From Lytechinus pictus (taxonomy: Eukaryota): a DNA stretch of 64,000 nt. The stretch lies in assembly GCF_037042905.1 (NCBI RefSeq), contig NC_087252.1, positions 16,370,001-16,434,000 on the forward strand. Direction: 5' to 3'. A model generated the notes under the pieces. The model had not been told where the DNA came from and did not search any database. It saw nothing but the letters and a program-made list of their open reading frames with translations. The translations under genes were made by a program, and so were the position numbers. Of the stretch, positions 37,801 to 51,290 are shown in pieces. Within the stretch, counting starts at the first letter, position 1, and the number at the start of each line of letters is the position of its first letter.

Positions 37801-38890
37801 AATAGCGAGATTTTCCGTCTGACGTCTTCTGAAAAGTTCTGTTCCAGTACTCCTTTGAGTCCTCTCTGTTAATAAAAAGATTATATAATGTTTAATTGAT
37901 AATTGCATGTCTTACATTATAAGAGGGACGACTGATTCAATGATGAGAAGGAGCTGAATCTCCCCTTTATCGTTTACTTTTATTTCATCAATGATTTCTA
38001 AGAGGTAAGGGACACGTCCGCTATGTTTTAATTTCTGATATTGTTAACGTTTGCTTGATATCTCAGTTTAAAATTATTTATTATCACATTTTCGTCGGCC
38101 TGATTCATACCAATAAACAACGCAAACAACCCTTTTTTGTTAGCAAAATTAAAAACTAGAATCAGATATTCCAAAGCGTGTGTAAGATTAAAGCTAATCT
38201 CCCACATTAGATGTATTCAATTTAAAAAATACAATATAAAAAATGTACGTCGTATTATACAAACTAGCAGATAGTCAGATACACCCGTGTATCTGACAAG
38301 TTCGATGGTATAAGTAACATTGAGATGTTTTCTATCATGTAGTGTCTATAATTATAAAGTGTTTTGAATTGGAAACATGCGCTAAATGTAAATATTTATT
38401 TTGATAGCAATATATGACTTGAGTAATTTGAATTTATTTGGCGTTGTGTTTATGTTAATCATCAACCATAATCTTGAAATACAATGGATCTTTAGCTTGT
38501 ATGTAGATTTAGTTGTATGTGAAATAATATGTAGAGTTTATGGAGTTTTGAAACTTTTGGAAACCTACTTGTAGTAGATCTAATTTAGTTGATTTGGGAT
38601 TGTGGGAGCCTAACTTAAAAATAACATTACCTGCCGTCGATACGGCGTGCTAAGAATTTTTCTTTAGTGTTTGAGATCTACTTGACGCCCCCCCCCCCGT
38701 AGGGATAGTAATTTTTAATTTGCTTGTGAAAGAAATATGCACCAGTCGGTGACTGGCCGTTTTCTTTGGGGACTTCTCATTTAACAGTATTTTACCTAGA
38801 CCAATTGAGAGTTCCCTCATTAACTGGTTCACATGCTTTGCAAAGTACAAAATTAATGATGTTAACTTTCTGCCGGTTCATCAGTTTTTA

Positions 38891-39051
38891 CAGGGGCCGC
38901 GGAACGGTTTTCAAAGTGGAGGGGGGGGGGGCTGCTGACCATGCAAAAAATCACATTCATAAAATTATGGTAATTTTTTCGTTTTTGCACACGGTTTTGA
39001 CAAAAGTGGGGAGAGCCTGAAGCCCCTAAACCCCCGCTTCCTCAGCCCCTG
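38891..39051. mobile_element. MITE (~160 bp) with CAGGGGC...GCCCCTG ends
   Basis: Imperfect TIRs caggggccgcggaa / ttcctcagcccctg, internal poly-G; related copy at 14536. Confidence 0.75.
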
Positions 39052-40301
39052 TTCTATCCATGGAATTACCAGACTAGCTGACTGCAAACTGCATGATTTT
39101 GCAGTGTACAAAGAAAACGTCGAATCCAATATCGTTTGGAAAATGACCCCAAAAGCCGTTATAGAAATAGATTACTTGAATCTGTGAAATCATTAAGTCC
39201 AAAATGTTTTTATGCATGTTTTTATTTTGAATGTAATGGTAATGGTAATTATACATCAATAGAAATGTTTTGACCTTGTGGGCAAATAACGGCTCTTTTT
39301 TTTTGGGGGGGGGGGGTTGATATTCGGTTGGCAAGCAAAATCCACAGAGTGACACACGAAATGTTGACGTGCGCACAAAATGTGTCAGTCTTTCTTTTTG
39401 GTAAATGTCAAATATCATAGAGTCTATGTCAACTATTGTATGAGAAGGCCCCAAAGCAGGGTAGGAAATACACTGGAACTCAGCTCTAAGGCCGATTTTT
39501 TAGCTCCCCATATGAACTAAATAAATAGATCTAGCCTCCAAATAACAAAATAGCCGTCAGTCAATTATCCTCATAGCCTAGGGTTCAATGTATAACATAC
39601 TGACATCACTAAGGTCGAAATACATTCATGACTATGGTGGTCAACTGGTCATGAGATTTGAGCCATGATTCAAAGGAAACAAATATTCAATTTGGCATAA
39701 CTGAACATTTTTTGCCGTGAAATGTTTCTTTTCCAACAATTCATCGAATAGGTAGGGAATCAAGTATGTTTCATGCAACTTTTTCTCGACCGTGCGTCAT
39801 TCATATTTTACGAAGAGGGTCTCATAATTATGAAAAAAAGAAGAAATGGATGTTTGAGTTATGAACTTTGATTTCCGAATAGATAGCAGTAAAAGCTAGA
39901 AAAATCGTAAAATTGCTCGTGCAAACGAAAATTTGGTAACACCATTCCCATTGTTCTAACTCAGTCATGCATGTTTTATGACCATTGATATGGTCTTTAA
40001 ACGACAGAATGAAATCATATATTTCGATTTATACATCACATGAAGAAAAATTATGATTATGGCAGCAAAACTTTCACCGAATTACGGTTTCGTTTTTTCT
40101 GGGGATTCACTATATTCTAACTTCTCAATGAGACATAAAATTATCAATCGATATATGTTCATGTTTCACCATGTGTTCCTACCTCTCAAATTTGGGCGGG
40201 GGTACTTGTCTAGGGAGCCAGCTTGCTTTATAGTCCAGGAAAAATAAGGTTTGACCGCAAACAAATTGCAATATAATTTTTTTCAACGCAGTGCATTTCT
40301 A

Positions 40302-43170
40302 TGAAGTCCCCAAAATGACATACTAAAAGTCCAGAAAAATCAATTTCGTGGAAAGATGTCTAATTTGCATAAATCCAAAATGGCGGCTACCGTGAGAAAT
40401 TTTCATAATTATTGATAGTAGTACAAACATTGTTCTGATCATAGCACTTTAAAAAATCATGATAAAGGCATTAAACTTTCACCAGTGTTATATCTTACCA
40501 TAGGCTTCATTTTGAAATCAGGATGCAAGTCAAATTTGACCTCCGCTGACCTCTAAAGGTCAATGACCTTAAGGTCAATGACCTCTAAATATCAGAAAAT
40601 TGATGTTTTGCATCATTAGTTCATAATAAATATGGTTATAATGAAAAAAATGTTTAATAATGACTTTGAATGTATCCTGATATTGTAGAGAGAATTTTGT
40701 GCATTATACATTTTGACCTTTGACCCTGGATAGCTGGAAAAGGTCAATGACCTTAACATTTTAGAATAATGACGCTTAGCATCTCTGATTTATGATAAAT
40801 AGGCTTCTAGTGTAAAAATTGCAATACAATTAACACGTTGAGCACGATGCATTTTCATGAAGTCACTAAAATGACATACTAAAAGTCCTGAAAAATCCAT
40901 GTAGTGGAAAGACGTCTAATTTGCAAAATCCAAAATGGCAGCCATCATGGAAAAAAAATCATGATTATTAATAGTAGTACAAGCACTAGTCTGATCATAG
41001 CACTTTTAAAAATTATGATTGAAGCATTGAACTTTCATCAGTGTTATATCTTACCATATGCTTCATTTCAAAATTAGGATGCAAGTCAAATTTGACCTCC
41101 GCTGACCTCTAAAGGTCAATGACCTTAAGGTCAATGACCTCTAAATATCAGAAAATTGATGTTTTGCATCATTAGTTCATAATAAATATGGTTATAATGA
41201 AAAAAATGTTTAATAATGACTTTGAATGTATCCTGATATTGTAGAGAGAATTTTGTGCATTATACATTTTGACCTTTGACCCTGGATAGCTGGAAAAGGT
41301 CAATGACCTTAACATTTTAGAATAATGACGCTTAGCATCTGTGATTTATGATAAATAGGCTTCTAGTGTAAAAATTGCAATACAATTAACACGTTGAGCA
41401 CGATGCATTTTCATGAAGTCCCCAAAATGACATACTAAAAGTCCAGAAAAATCAATTTCGTGGAAAGATGTCTAATTTGCATAAATCCAAAATGGCGGCT
41501 ACCGTGAGAAATTTTCATAATTATTGATAGTAGTACAAACATTGTTCTGATCATAGCACTTTAAAAAATCATGATAAAGGCATTAAACTTTCACCAGTGT
41601 TATATCTTACCATAGGCTTCATTTTGAAATCAGGATGCAAGTCAAATTTGACCTCCGCTGACCTCTAAAGGTCAATGACCTTAAGGTCAATGACCTCTAA
41701 ATATCAGAAAATTGATGTTTTGCATCATTAGTTCATAATAAATATGGTTATAATGAAAAAAAATGTTTAATAATGACTTTGAATGTATCCTGATATTGTA
41801 GAGAGAATTTTGTGCATTATACATTTTGACCTTTGACCCTGGATAGCTGGAAAAGGTCAATGACCTTAACATTTTAGAATAATGACGCTTAGCATCTCTG
41901 ATTTATGATAAATAGGCTTCTAGTGTAAAAATTGCAATACAATTAACACGTTGAGCACGATGCATTTTCATGAAGTCACTAAAATGACATACTAAAAGTC
42001 CTGAAAAATCCATGTAGTGGAAAGACGTCTAATTTGCAAAATCCAAGATGGCAGCCATCATGGAAAAAAAATCATGATTATTAATAGTAGTACAAGCACT
42101 AGTCTGATCATAGCACTTTTAAAAATTATGATTGAAGCATTGAACTTTCATCAGTGTTATATCTTACCATATGCTTCATTTCAAAATTAGGATGCAAGTC
42201 AAATTTGACCTCCGCTGACCTCTAAAGGTCAATGACCTTAAGGTCAATGACCTCTAAATATCAGAAAATTGATGTTTTGCATCATTAGTTCATAATAAAT
42301 ATGGTTATAATGAAAAAAATGTTTAATAATGACTTTGAATGTATCCTGATATTGTAGAGAGAATTTTGTGCATTATACATTTTGACCTTTGACCCTGGAT
42401 AGCTGGAAAAGGTCAATGACCTTAACATTTTAGAATAATGACGCTTAGCATCTCTGATCTATGATAAATAGGCTTCTAGTGTAAAAATTGCAATACAATT
42501 AACACGTTGAGCACGATGCATTTTCATGAAGTCACTAAAATGACATACTAAAAGTCCTGAAAAATCCATGTAGTGGAAAAACGTCTAATTTGCAAAATCC
42601 AAAATGGCAGTCATCATGGAAAAAAATCATGATTATTAATAGTAGTACAAGCACTAGTCTGATCATAGCACTTTTAAAAATTATGATTGAAGCATTGAAC
42701 TTTCATCAGTGTTATATCTTACCATATGCTTCATTTCAAAATTAGGATGCAAGTCAAATTTGACCTCCGCTGACCTCTAGAGGTCAAAGACCTTAAGGTC
42801 AATGACCTCAAAATATCAGAAAATTGATGTTTTGCATCATTAGCTCATGATGAAAATAGTAATAATGAAAACAAAATCATTCAATATTGACTTTCAAGGT
42901 ATCCTGATATTTTAGAAAGAATTTGGTGGGTTATGAGCTTTGACCTTTGAACCCTGGAGAGCTAGAAAGGGTCAATGACCTTAACATTTTGGAATATTGA
43001 CGCTAAGCATCACTGTTTTATGATAAACAGGCCTCTCGTGTAAAAATTTCAATACTATTTATTTCAACACAGTGCATCTCCATGAAGTCTCCAATATGAC
43101 ATACCAAAAGTCCAAAAAAATCCAAGTGGTGGAAAGGCGTCTAATTTGCATCAAAAGTGATCCAAAATGA
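40302..43170 (+). repeat. 556-bp tandem satellite, about 5.2 monomers, variant order A-B-A-B-B-partial
   Basis: tgaagtc anchor at 40302, 40858, 41414, 41971, 42527 and 43083. Confidence 0.97.
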
Positions 43171-46005
43171 TTCAATTTCAATTTCAATTTCAATTTATTT
43201 GCTCATAAAAATCCATACAAAAACATACATATACAAAGTATCATATTCACAAAATAGAAAAAACAACAACAACAAATAGAAATAAACATTGGATTGACTA
43301 TGAGAGGGACAGCAAGAAAGGAACAAGCCTTGTGATTAGCTGACCCTATAACATAATAATTATACAAAGACTTCAATAACAAAGATAGAAAAAAATCACT
43401 AAACTACAACGAAGGGGGGGGGTGCCTATAATGCCTGAATGAAATTTATACAAAGAAACTTTATGAATTACTATTTAAAATAAATTGCCTTGATTTTGAC
43501 TTAAAAACATTTAATGAAACTGATTGCTTGATGTCTACAGAAATAGAATTCCAGAGTTGTGGTCCTTGAAATAAAATTGAGTTTTTAAAAGATGAGAGTC
43601 TTGGCTTAGGTAGATGGAAATCCTTTGCATTTCTTGTGTTGTATCCATGGAAATCACTTTTGAACTTAAAGAATGTTTTGATGTAATCTGGCAAGAGGTT
43701 ATTGTTACATAAATACATAAATATAAGAATTTGAAATGCATGAATATCATAAAATGTTAATACATTCAATTCAACAAATAGAGGATTCGTATGGGCAAGG
43801 TAAGGAGCATGAGACATAATTCTTATTGCACGTTTTTGTAAAATATATAATCTATCAATGTGAATGCTACTTGCACTTCCCCAGGCTAGAATACCATAAT
43901 TGAGGTATGGATATACAATGGCATAATACATTAGTTTTAAAATCTCCTTGGGAAATGATCTTAATCTATACATTATTCCTATATTTTTGGCAAGCTTATT
44001 GCACAGATTATCAATATGATTTTTCCATGTAAACTTATTATCTATTGTTACTCCTAAACATTTTACTGACGTTACACACTTAATATCTGTATTGCACATT
44101 CTAATTGAAAGACTATCTGGTAAAAATAAATTACTAAAAATCATATAATTGGTTTTGGCAAGATTAACTATCATTTTGTTTGCAAAAAACCACTCAGATA
44201 TTAATTCAAGTTCAGAATTGAATAAATTGTGTAAAACATGATAGTTTGTATGAGATAAAAACAGACTAGTGTCGTCAGCAAACATAATACAATGTAATAA
44301 GTTGGATACTTTACTAAGATCATTAATAAAGAGGAGAAACAAGAGCAGTCCTAAAATAGAACCCTGAGGAACCCCACATGAGATAATCTTAAGCTGTGAT
44401 TTGCATTTGGATATTTCAACATATTGTTTTCTGTTGGATAAATAACTTTTAAATAATTTAAGTACATTACCTCTCATGCCATACAATTCTAGTTTGTTCA
44501 ATAAAATAGCGTGATCAACTGTATCGAAAGCCTTCTTCAAATCTAAAAACATTGCTATCAAATATTTCTTATCATCAAGAGCGTTGGTAACAGTATGGAC
44601 AAAATCAATAAGAGCCGAAGAAGTTGAATGACCAGCACGAAAACCGTATTGATGTAGAGATAATATATTGCACTTGTTTATAAAATCAAATAATCTATTA
44701 TATATACACTTTTCTAAAATCTTTGAAAAAATTGGCAAGACTGATATGGGTCTGTAATTTGAAACATTTTCACTCGGACCATTTTTATATACAGGAACAA
44801 CACGAGCAATCTTTAATTCATCAGGAAATATACCGAGATCTAAACATTGATTGAATATTGCACAAAGAGGTTGACATAAAATATGTATTGATTTCTTTAT
44901 AACCTTGATACTTATATCATCATACCCAGGATTGCAATCACTTTTTATGTTTGACACAATATCAATAATCTCGGTACAAGTGATTGGTTTGAAAAAAACA
45001 GTCCTTGGATTTCTATCCAAATATCTACAAAAATTCAAATTTAAATTATTGCCCTGATCAACAGGAAAATTAATTTCAGTTACAATATTGATAAAATATT
45101 CATTGAATACATTACAAATAGCAGAGGTATCATATAATACTTGATTATTACATTTCAGAAAATCAATATTGCACTTTTTATTTGCACGACCCATTGCACA
45201 ATTAACAGTATTCCAATTTTTTTTTTTTTCCTTTGGAATTTGCAAAACTTTCCAAGAAATAATGTTTTTTAGCTTGTTTAATCATATTACTGACTTTATT
45301 TCTACATTTTCTGTACACTTCTTTACGATATGGTGATGGATTTTTCAGATAAAGTCGATATAAACGACATTTTTTCTTTGACAACTTTCGAATATCAAAA
45401 TTAATCCATGGTTTATTCTTTTTAGGTTTTTTCTTCAAATATTCCAAGGGGAAGCATAAGTTATATACATTTAAAAACTTCTCTTGAAATTGCACGTAAT
45501 TTGCATTTGGATTGTTATTGTGGCAAGACCAATTGACCATTGGAATGGATCTTAAGAAACACTTTATACTATTGTCATTGATTATTCGAAGCGGTTTATC
45601 TAAATTTTGCTGTGATTTAACATCATTCCAGCTAATAGAGTATACAGGTAAATGATCACTGATGTCAGTTATTAGTATTCCCGATTCAACTTTGTCTGCG
45701 TGTATATCATTGGTGATTATATTATCAATTAAAGAGATTGTTTCATTCGTGATTCTGGTAGGATGGTCAATTAATGGATACATATGATGTGATAACAATA
45801 GATTAATGAAATTATCAACATATTGCACTTTACCCACATTTAATAAATTGATATTGTAATCACCTAATAAATAAACTATTTTATTTTCATTATTTACAAT
45901 ACTTAAAACATTTGAGCATCTCTCAAAAAATCATCAATTCACTGATCTGGGGGCCCATAGATTGAACCAACAATAATACCAGAATTATCATTGACGATTT
46001 CCAAA
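43171..46005 (-). mobile_element. CR1/L2-group (Crack/Daphne-like) LINE, 5'-truncated ORF2 with APE endonuclease C-part and RT
   Basis: ORFs 45202-45837 (PTRIT, IDNI, ISDHLPV) and 43461-45245 (NYRPISVL, QYGFR, DLKKAFDTV, VPQGSILG, FADDT); (ATTGAA)n 3' tail at 43171-43195. Confidence 0.93.
43461..45245 (-). pseudogene. LINE ORF2 reverse transcriptase domain (594-codon open stretch)
   Basis: Full RT motif set; joined to the upstream endonuclease ORF by a frameshift at a poly-T run (~45217-45229). Confidence 0.9.
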
Positions 46006-46149
46006 AGTAGACATGATGAGATCACAGATCATGTCATCTGATCATCTCTCCCACAGGATGTAGACATGACGAGATACGAGATTTCGTCATCTTATCTTTT
46101 TCCCTTGGAGATCTAGACATGAAGAGATGATTATATGAACATCTGGGTG

Positions 46150-46700
46150 GCACTTTTAAGCTTCCATACTTAAGAATGGCTTGTCAGCCTGTTTAACAAT
46201 GTGCTACACAGTCCCAACTCCCAGAAATTTTGAGGAAGGCTACAGTAATTCCTCAAATCTGTGAAAGATCCAAATTTGCCTAAAAGCTACAGGTCAATCG
46301 CCCCATTCTGATATCTCTACAAGCTACTTGAGCATCTCATCCTGAACAAAAAGATGGCCCCATTATAAACCAACATATCATATTCCTAACCAGACTGGTT
46401 TTTAACTTGGGAAATAATATACAGGCTAGGTTCTCAACCAGACTCAGTTCACTGAGGACTTCCGACTTAATACGGTAACTAACTAACGGGTGTAGAAAAC
46501 TTTCTTGAATTACCAGCTGCATGCATCTGATACTGTGGTCTAATTGTACAACTTCACAAAACATTGATGACATCCATCTGACCAAACTTATCAAACTTCT
46601 ACTAGAAAACAGACATCTCTTTATGGAGCTCAACAGGAAGACCAGCGGGTAAAGAATTCAAAGGAATTGACTCTCTCATGGTAGTGTTCTTGCTCGAGTC
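46150..46700 (+). mobile_element. Highly decayed non-LTR RT fragment (possibly I-group/Vingi-like)
   Basis: Residual motifs DPNLPKSYRSI..YKLLEHLILN, PNQTGF and HGSVLA with many stops; remnants may extend to about 47300. Confidence 0.6.
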
Positions 46701-47432
46701 CAGTGTTCTTCAAACCCAAAGACCTTGAGGGTTAGCTAGTTTCATCCCCGCCATCCTCATGCTTGGAGGAAACTCAAAACAACCTTTGGTTGGGAATTCC
46801 ATTCTAGCACTGCGACCATGCAATATATATTGGTGTCACCCATGATCAGTCACATTAAGAGTGAAGGGGGAAAGTGAGGATCCATAATAACTTTCTCCGG
46901 AACTGACAAACTCCTCCACCAATACTCTGCTACAGAGTATGCATGTGCTGTATTAATTGGACCTACCTCTAGACAACACTTGTGGGACTATCACAAACTA
47001 TCTAAGGCCAAAAAATATGAAGAGTCTGTATGTCCTGTCAGGTATTGTCCATCTGATATACGCAGATCAGTAGCTATACCACAGAGCTCTCAGCAAAGCG
47101 AATATATAGCGTCCATCCAATCTATGATGCCAAACTATTTGAAAAGCCTAAAATCTACGAAACACATTTTAAATTTTGTCCAACCTATGGCAGAGTCACC
47201 ATTATGACTAAGTGCAAGTTATGGGAAGAGAAGTGCAGTGTCAACCAGCATCATGGTAAGCTGCATCTACCTTCTAAAGAGCAACTACACCAGGTTACAA
47301 TCTAGTCTCTCGGGGAGTATACAGTACATAGATGATAACTGCAAAAAAAAATAATTGAGGCATTTCACATATCATGTCGAAACCCCCCAATGCTCTAACC
47401 TCAGTCAGGAATGTACTAGCCAAAAAAGACCT

Positions 47433-47589
47433 GGGGTCCGTTTCATAAAGAGTTAAAACTGTTGTAACGTTTCCATTATGAAAACTCCCATGGTAACCTT
47501 GATTTTGATTGGCTGCTGAACCCTATTGCCATGGTAGTTGCCATAATGGCAAAGTTACAGCAGTTGTAACTCTTTATGAAACGGGCCCC
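47433..47589. mobile_element. Harbinger-like palindromic MITE (~157 bp)
   Basis: TIRs ggggtccgtttcataaagagtt... / ...aactctttatgaaacgggcccc; CTG/CTA flanks if the terminal G/C are excluded. Confidence 0.8.
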
Positions 47590-47779
47590 TAGAGTCCGTT
47601 TCAATAAGATTAACAACTATACAGATGATATAGTTTTGTTATTTTTCAGATCATTTGGGTAAAGATTGCAGATCTCAACATTTGACTGCTGAGGAAATTG
47701 AAAGGTCAATTACCTCAAAACATCAATTTATCATATCAACCAGTGATGCCGAGTACCAATATTTTTACATTTTAAGGTC

Positions 47780-48789
47780 AATTTTTTAGAGATCCTCAAA
47801 TTTCAAACATAAGTTGATATTAAAAATAATTAAACATGAACATGCTAATCAAGGACTATGGATGCAAAACATCAATGTTCTGATATTTTAAAGTCATTGA
47901 TCTTAATGTCATTGTCCTCAAGAGGTCAGGAGAGGTCAAATCTTAATTGCATTGGAATTCTTAAATGAGGCCTATGGTAAAATATAACAATGGTGAAAGT
48001 TAAATGCTTTAATCATTATATGCTATGATCAGACCAGTGTTTTATTTGTAAAAATGAAAAATTCTCACAATGGCCTCCATTTTGGATTTATGCAAATTAG
48101 ATGTCTTTCCACTACATGGATTTTTCTGGACTTTAGTTTGTCATTTTGGAGACTTCATGGAAATGCATTGTGCTGAAATAAATTGTATTGCAATTTTTTC
48201 ACGAGAGGCCTGTCTATCATAAACCACTGATGCTAAGTATCGATATTCTTATATGTTAAGGTTATTGACCTTTGTCAGTGCTCCAGGGTCAAAGGTCAAC
48301 ATTTATAATACTTTCTAGAATATCAGGTTACCTTGAAAGTCAATATTGAATAATAATTTTGTTTGCATTATTACTATATTTATCATGAACTAATGATGCA
48401 AAACATCAATTTTCTGATATTTTGAGGTCGTTGGCCTTAAGGTCATTGACCTCTAGAGGTCAGCAGAGGTCAAATCTGACTTGCATCATAATTTAAAGTC
48501 GAAGCCTATGGTAATATATAACATTGGTGAAAGGTAAATGCTTTAATCATAATTTTTAAAAGTGCTATGAACAGACCAGTGTTTGTACTACTATTAGTAA
48601 TCATGACTGAAAATTCTTACGATGGCCGCCATATTGGATTTATGCAAATTAAACGTCTTTCCACAACATGGATTAAAAAAAAAATTAGTATGTAATTTTG
48701 GGGACTTCAAGGAAATGCATGGCGGTGAAAAATTTATGTTGCAATTTGTTTGTGTTTGACCCCCTAAATTAGTAATTTTTCCTGGACTA
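47780..48789 (-). repeat. About two diverged inverted monomers of the 556-bp satellite ending in a TIR copy
   Basis: Reverse-complement matches (atgcaaaacatcaattttctgatattt; ccagggtcaaaggtca; atttttcctggacta). Confidence 0.88.
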
Positions 48790-49654
48790 TAAAGCTAACA
48801 AATTTTTCACAAATTTGAAATGAAATGTGGTTGTGTTTATTTTGATACACACTGTACAACATGATATGGCCAGAGGGCATGACTTTGACAGCCCCCTGAG
48901 AGGGGTAGGCGTCGATGTGCCAGCCCTTTTTATGGAGCTTATAGAGAAAAGCCTAATCTATCCAAGTGATTAAAAAGCATAAATAAGTGCATACAATTTT
49001 TAACTACTGTGTACACTACATGCATAGTCTACGAAAATGCATACAAAACGCGACATTTGTGAAAGTTGAGTAGTCAACTTTGATACCTTATGAATTGATT
49101 AAAAAGAATGAGACCAAGTTAAAATTGCATCCACATGATAACAGTATATCAATAAAGTTTTATGGAACATTTCAAGGTAATTGCTCCATTTTTCTTAGAT
49201 TTATGTAAAATCATGTATTTCCAAAATTTACAATTTTGGGGAAAAAATGAAAAAAATGCAGTTTTCTACTTAAAATCTCAGCCAAATTTTTATATTTATC
49301 CTCTATAAATAGTACCACATTATAGGATATTTATTTATCTTTCATATGACACTAATTTTGTGGCAATTGAATGTTCATGTCAAAATTTATGTACGAAAAT
49401 TCAAATATTCTGAAAATTTGGCGGCCATTTTGGATTTATGCAAATTAGACAGCTTTCCACTACTGGGATTTTTTTGGACTTTTAGTATGTCATTTTGGGG
49501 ACTTCAGGGAAATGCATTATGGTAAAAAAAATTATATTGCAATTTGTTTGCGGTTGACCCCCAAAATCAGTTATTTTTCCTGGACTATTAGCCTCTCCGC
49601 TTTTCTTTTTCGATTTTCGCAACCTGAAGATTTTTTGCTGGCCATGATACTTAA

Positions 49655-49815
49655 GAACTTTGTAGTTGGGCGTGGTCGCCTGGGCACCATGAGTTGCAGA
49701 TTGGCGAGTTTGAATTCGCTCCTTGCCCGCTTTCCAGACCATAATGCGCATGCTCGTAACTTCGAGAATTTATCGGAAGTCTCTTTGGGACGGAATGTAT
49801 GAATGCGGAAATAAT
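49655..49815. promoter_or_regulatory. Cluster of core-promoter-type motifs
   Basis: ACTACA (minus, 49661), GC box GGGCGTGG (49668), ATTGG (49700), TTTGAA (49709), TGCGCATGC (49745), ETS CGGAAGT/CGGAAA (49774, 49806) in a CpG-richer patch. Confidence 0.35.
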
Positions 49816-50074
49816 AACACGAATTCTTGTAATGTGATCGAGGCGGTCTGATACGGTTATTATCAATTTCCACTTTCCAAATAACTATGGAGCGCAAGTT
49901 ATCCCGACCTACAACTAGCTACACGGCGGGTCATTGCTTGCTTGTTATTGGTGTTGAACGTGACGATGTTAACATGGGCTTTGTAGCCTATGCAATAATA
50001 GGTATATGGCTTAAAAAGAATGCAACTTGTATGACTTATACTAGTTGCATTCTTTTTAAACCATACCCATACAC

Positions 50075-51290
50075 AATTTCAGCGCCCCCTAGTTCTAACA
50101 TCAATTTGGCGCCCCCCTCGTTCGAACTTCACTTTGGCGCCCCAAGTTCGAATAGCAATTTGGCGCCCCTAGTTCGAACATTCAATCGGCGCTCCCCGAT
50201 GTCGAACATAAATTTTGCGCCCCTACGTCGAACATCAATTCGGTGCACCCCCCCCTACGTCGAACATTTATTTGACCTCCCTAGGTCGAACATCAATTTG
50301 GCGCCCCCAATTGGAACATCAAATTGGCGCCCCTAGTTGGAATATCAATTCGGCGCCCCCTAGTTCAAACATCAATGTGGTGCCCCTAGTTCGAACATCA
50401 ATTCGGCGCCCCCCCCCCCTAGTTCGAGTATCAATTCGGAGCCCCTACATATAGGTCGATCATCAATTCGCCCCCCCCCCCCCCCCCGCCGTTCGAACAT
50501 CAATTCGGCCCCCAGTTCGATTATAATTTTGGCATCCCTTCGAACTCAATTTGGCTTCCCTAGTTCGAATATCATTTCGCCCCCCCCCCCCAGCTCGAGT
50601 ATCAATTTGGCGCCCCCCTAGTTCGAACATCAATTCGGCGCCCCCTAATTTGAGTATCAGTTTGGCGCCCCCCTAGTTCGAACATCGATTCGCCCCCCCC
50701 CCCAGTTCCAGTATCAATTTGGCGCCCCCAGTTCGAACATCATTTTAACATCCCTTCGAACATCATTTCGGCGCTCGAATATCAATCCGGCGCCCCTACA
50801 TGTAGGTCCAACATCAATTTGGCGCCCCATAGTTCGATTATCAATTTTGCGCCCCCTAGTTCCAACATCAATTCTGAGCCCCCCTAGTTCGAGTATCAAT
50901 TTGGCGCCCCCTAATTCGAACATCGATTCGGCCCCCTTCCCCCCCCCCCTAGTTCGAGTATCAATCTGGCGCCCCCAGTTCGAACATCATGTTAACATCC
51001 CTTCGAACATCATTTCGGCGCCCTCCTAGTTCGAATATCAATTCGGCGCCCCTACATGTAGGTCAAACATCATTTTGGCGCCCCTAGTTCGAATATTATT
51101 TCGCCCCCCCTAGCTCGAGTATCAATTTGGCGCCCCCCCCTTAGTTCGAACATCAATTTGGCGCCCCTACGTCGAACATCAATTCGCCCCCCCCCCCCCC
51201 GTTCGAACATCAATTCGGCCCCCAATTCGAACATCATTTTGACATTCCTTCGAACATCATTTCGGCGCCCTTTTGGTTCGAACATCATTT
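50075..51290. repeat. ~28-31-bp minisatellite (ggcgcccccTAGTTCGAACATCAATT)
   Basis: Dozens of head-to-tail units with variable poly-C. Confidence 0.95.

Larger units (their letters stand above)
40231..49587. mobile_element. Large non-autonomous TIR element with TAG...CTA termini (Academ-like), carrying a satellite and nested LINEs
   Basis: ~165-bp imperfect TIRs starting TAGTCCAGGAAAAATAA (40231) and ending TTATTTTTCCTGGACTA (49587), flanked by TTA on both sides. An extra right-end copy ends at 48789. Superfamily inferred from termini only. Confidence 0.65.

Noticed and set aside
43161..46006. TSD (tccaaaa) for the CR1-group LINE
   Set aside because: The left copy is part of the satellite monomer and not flush with the tail; a 7-bp AT-rich match can occur by chance.
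50075..51290. CRISPR array
   Set aside because: The ~30-bp units are head-to-tail with no unique spacers, there are no cas genes, and the context is eukaryotic.
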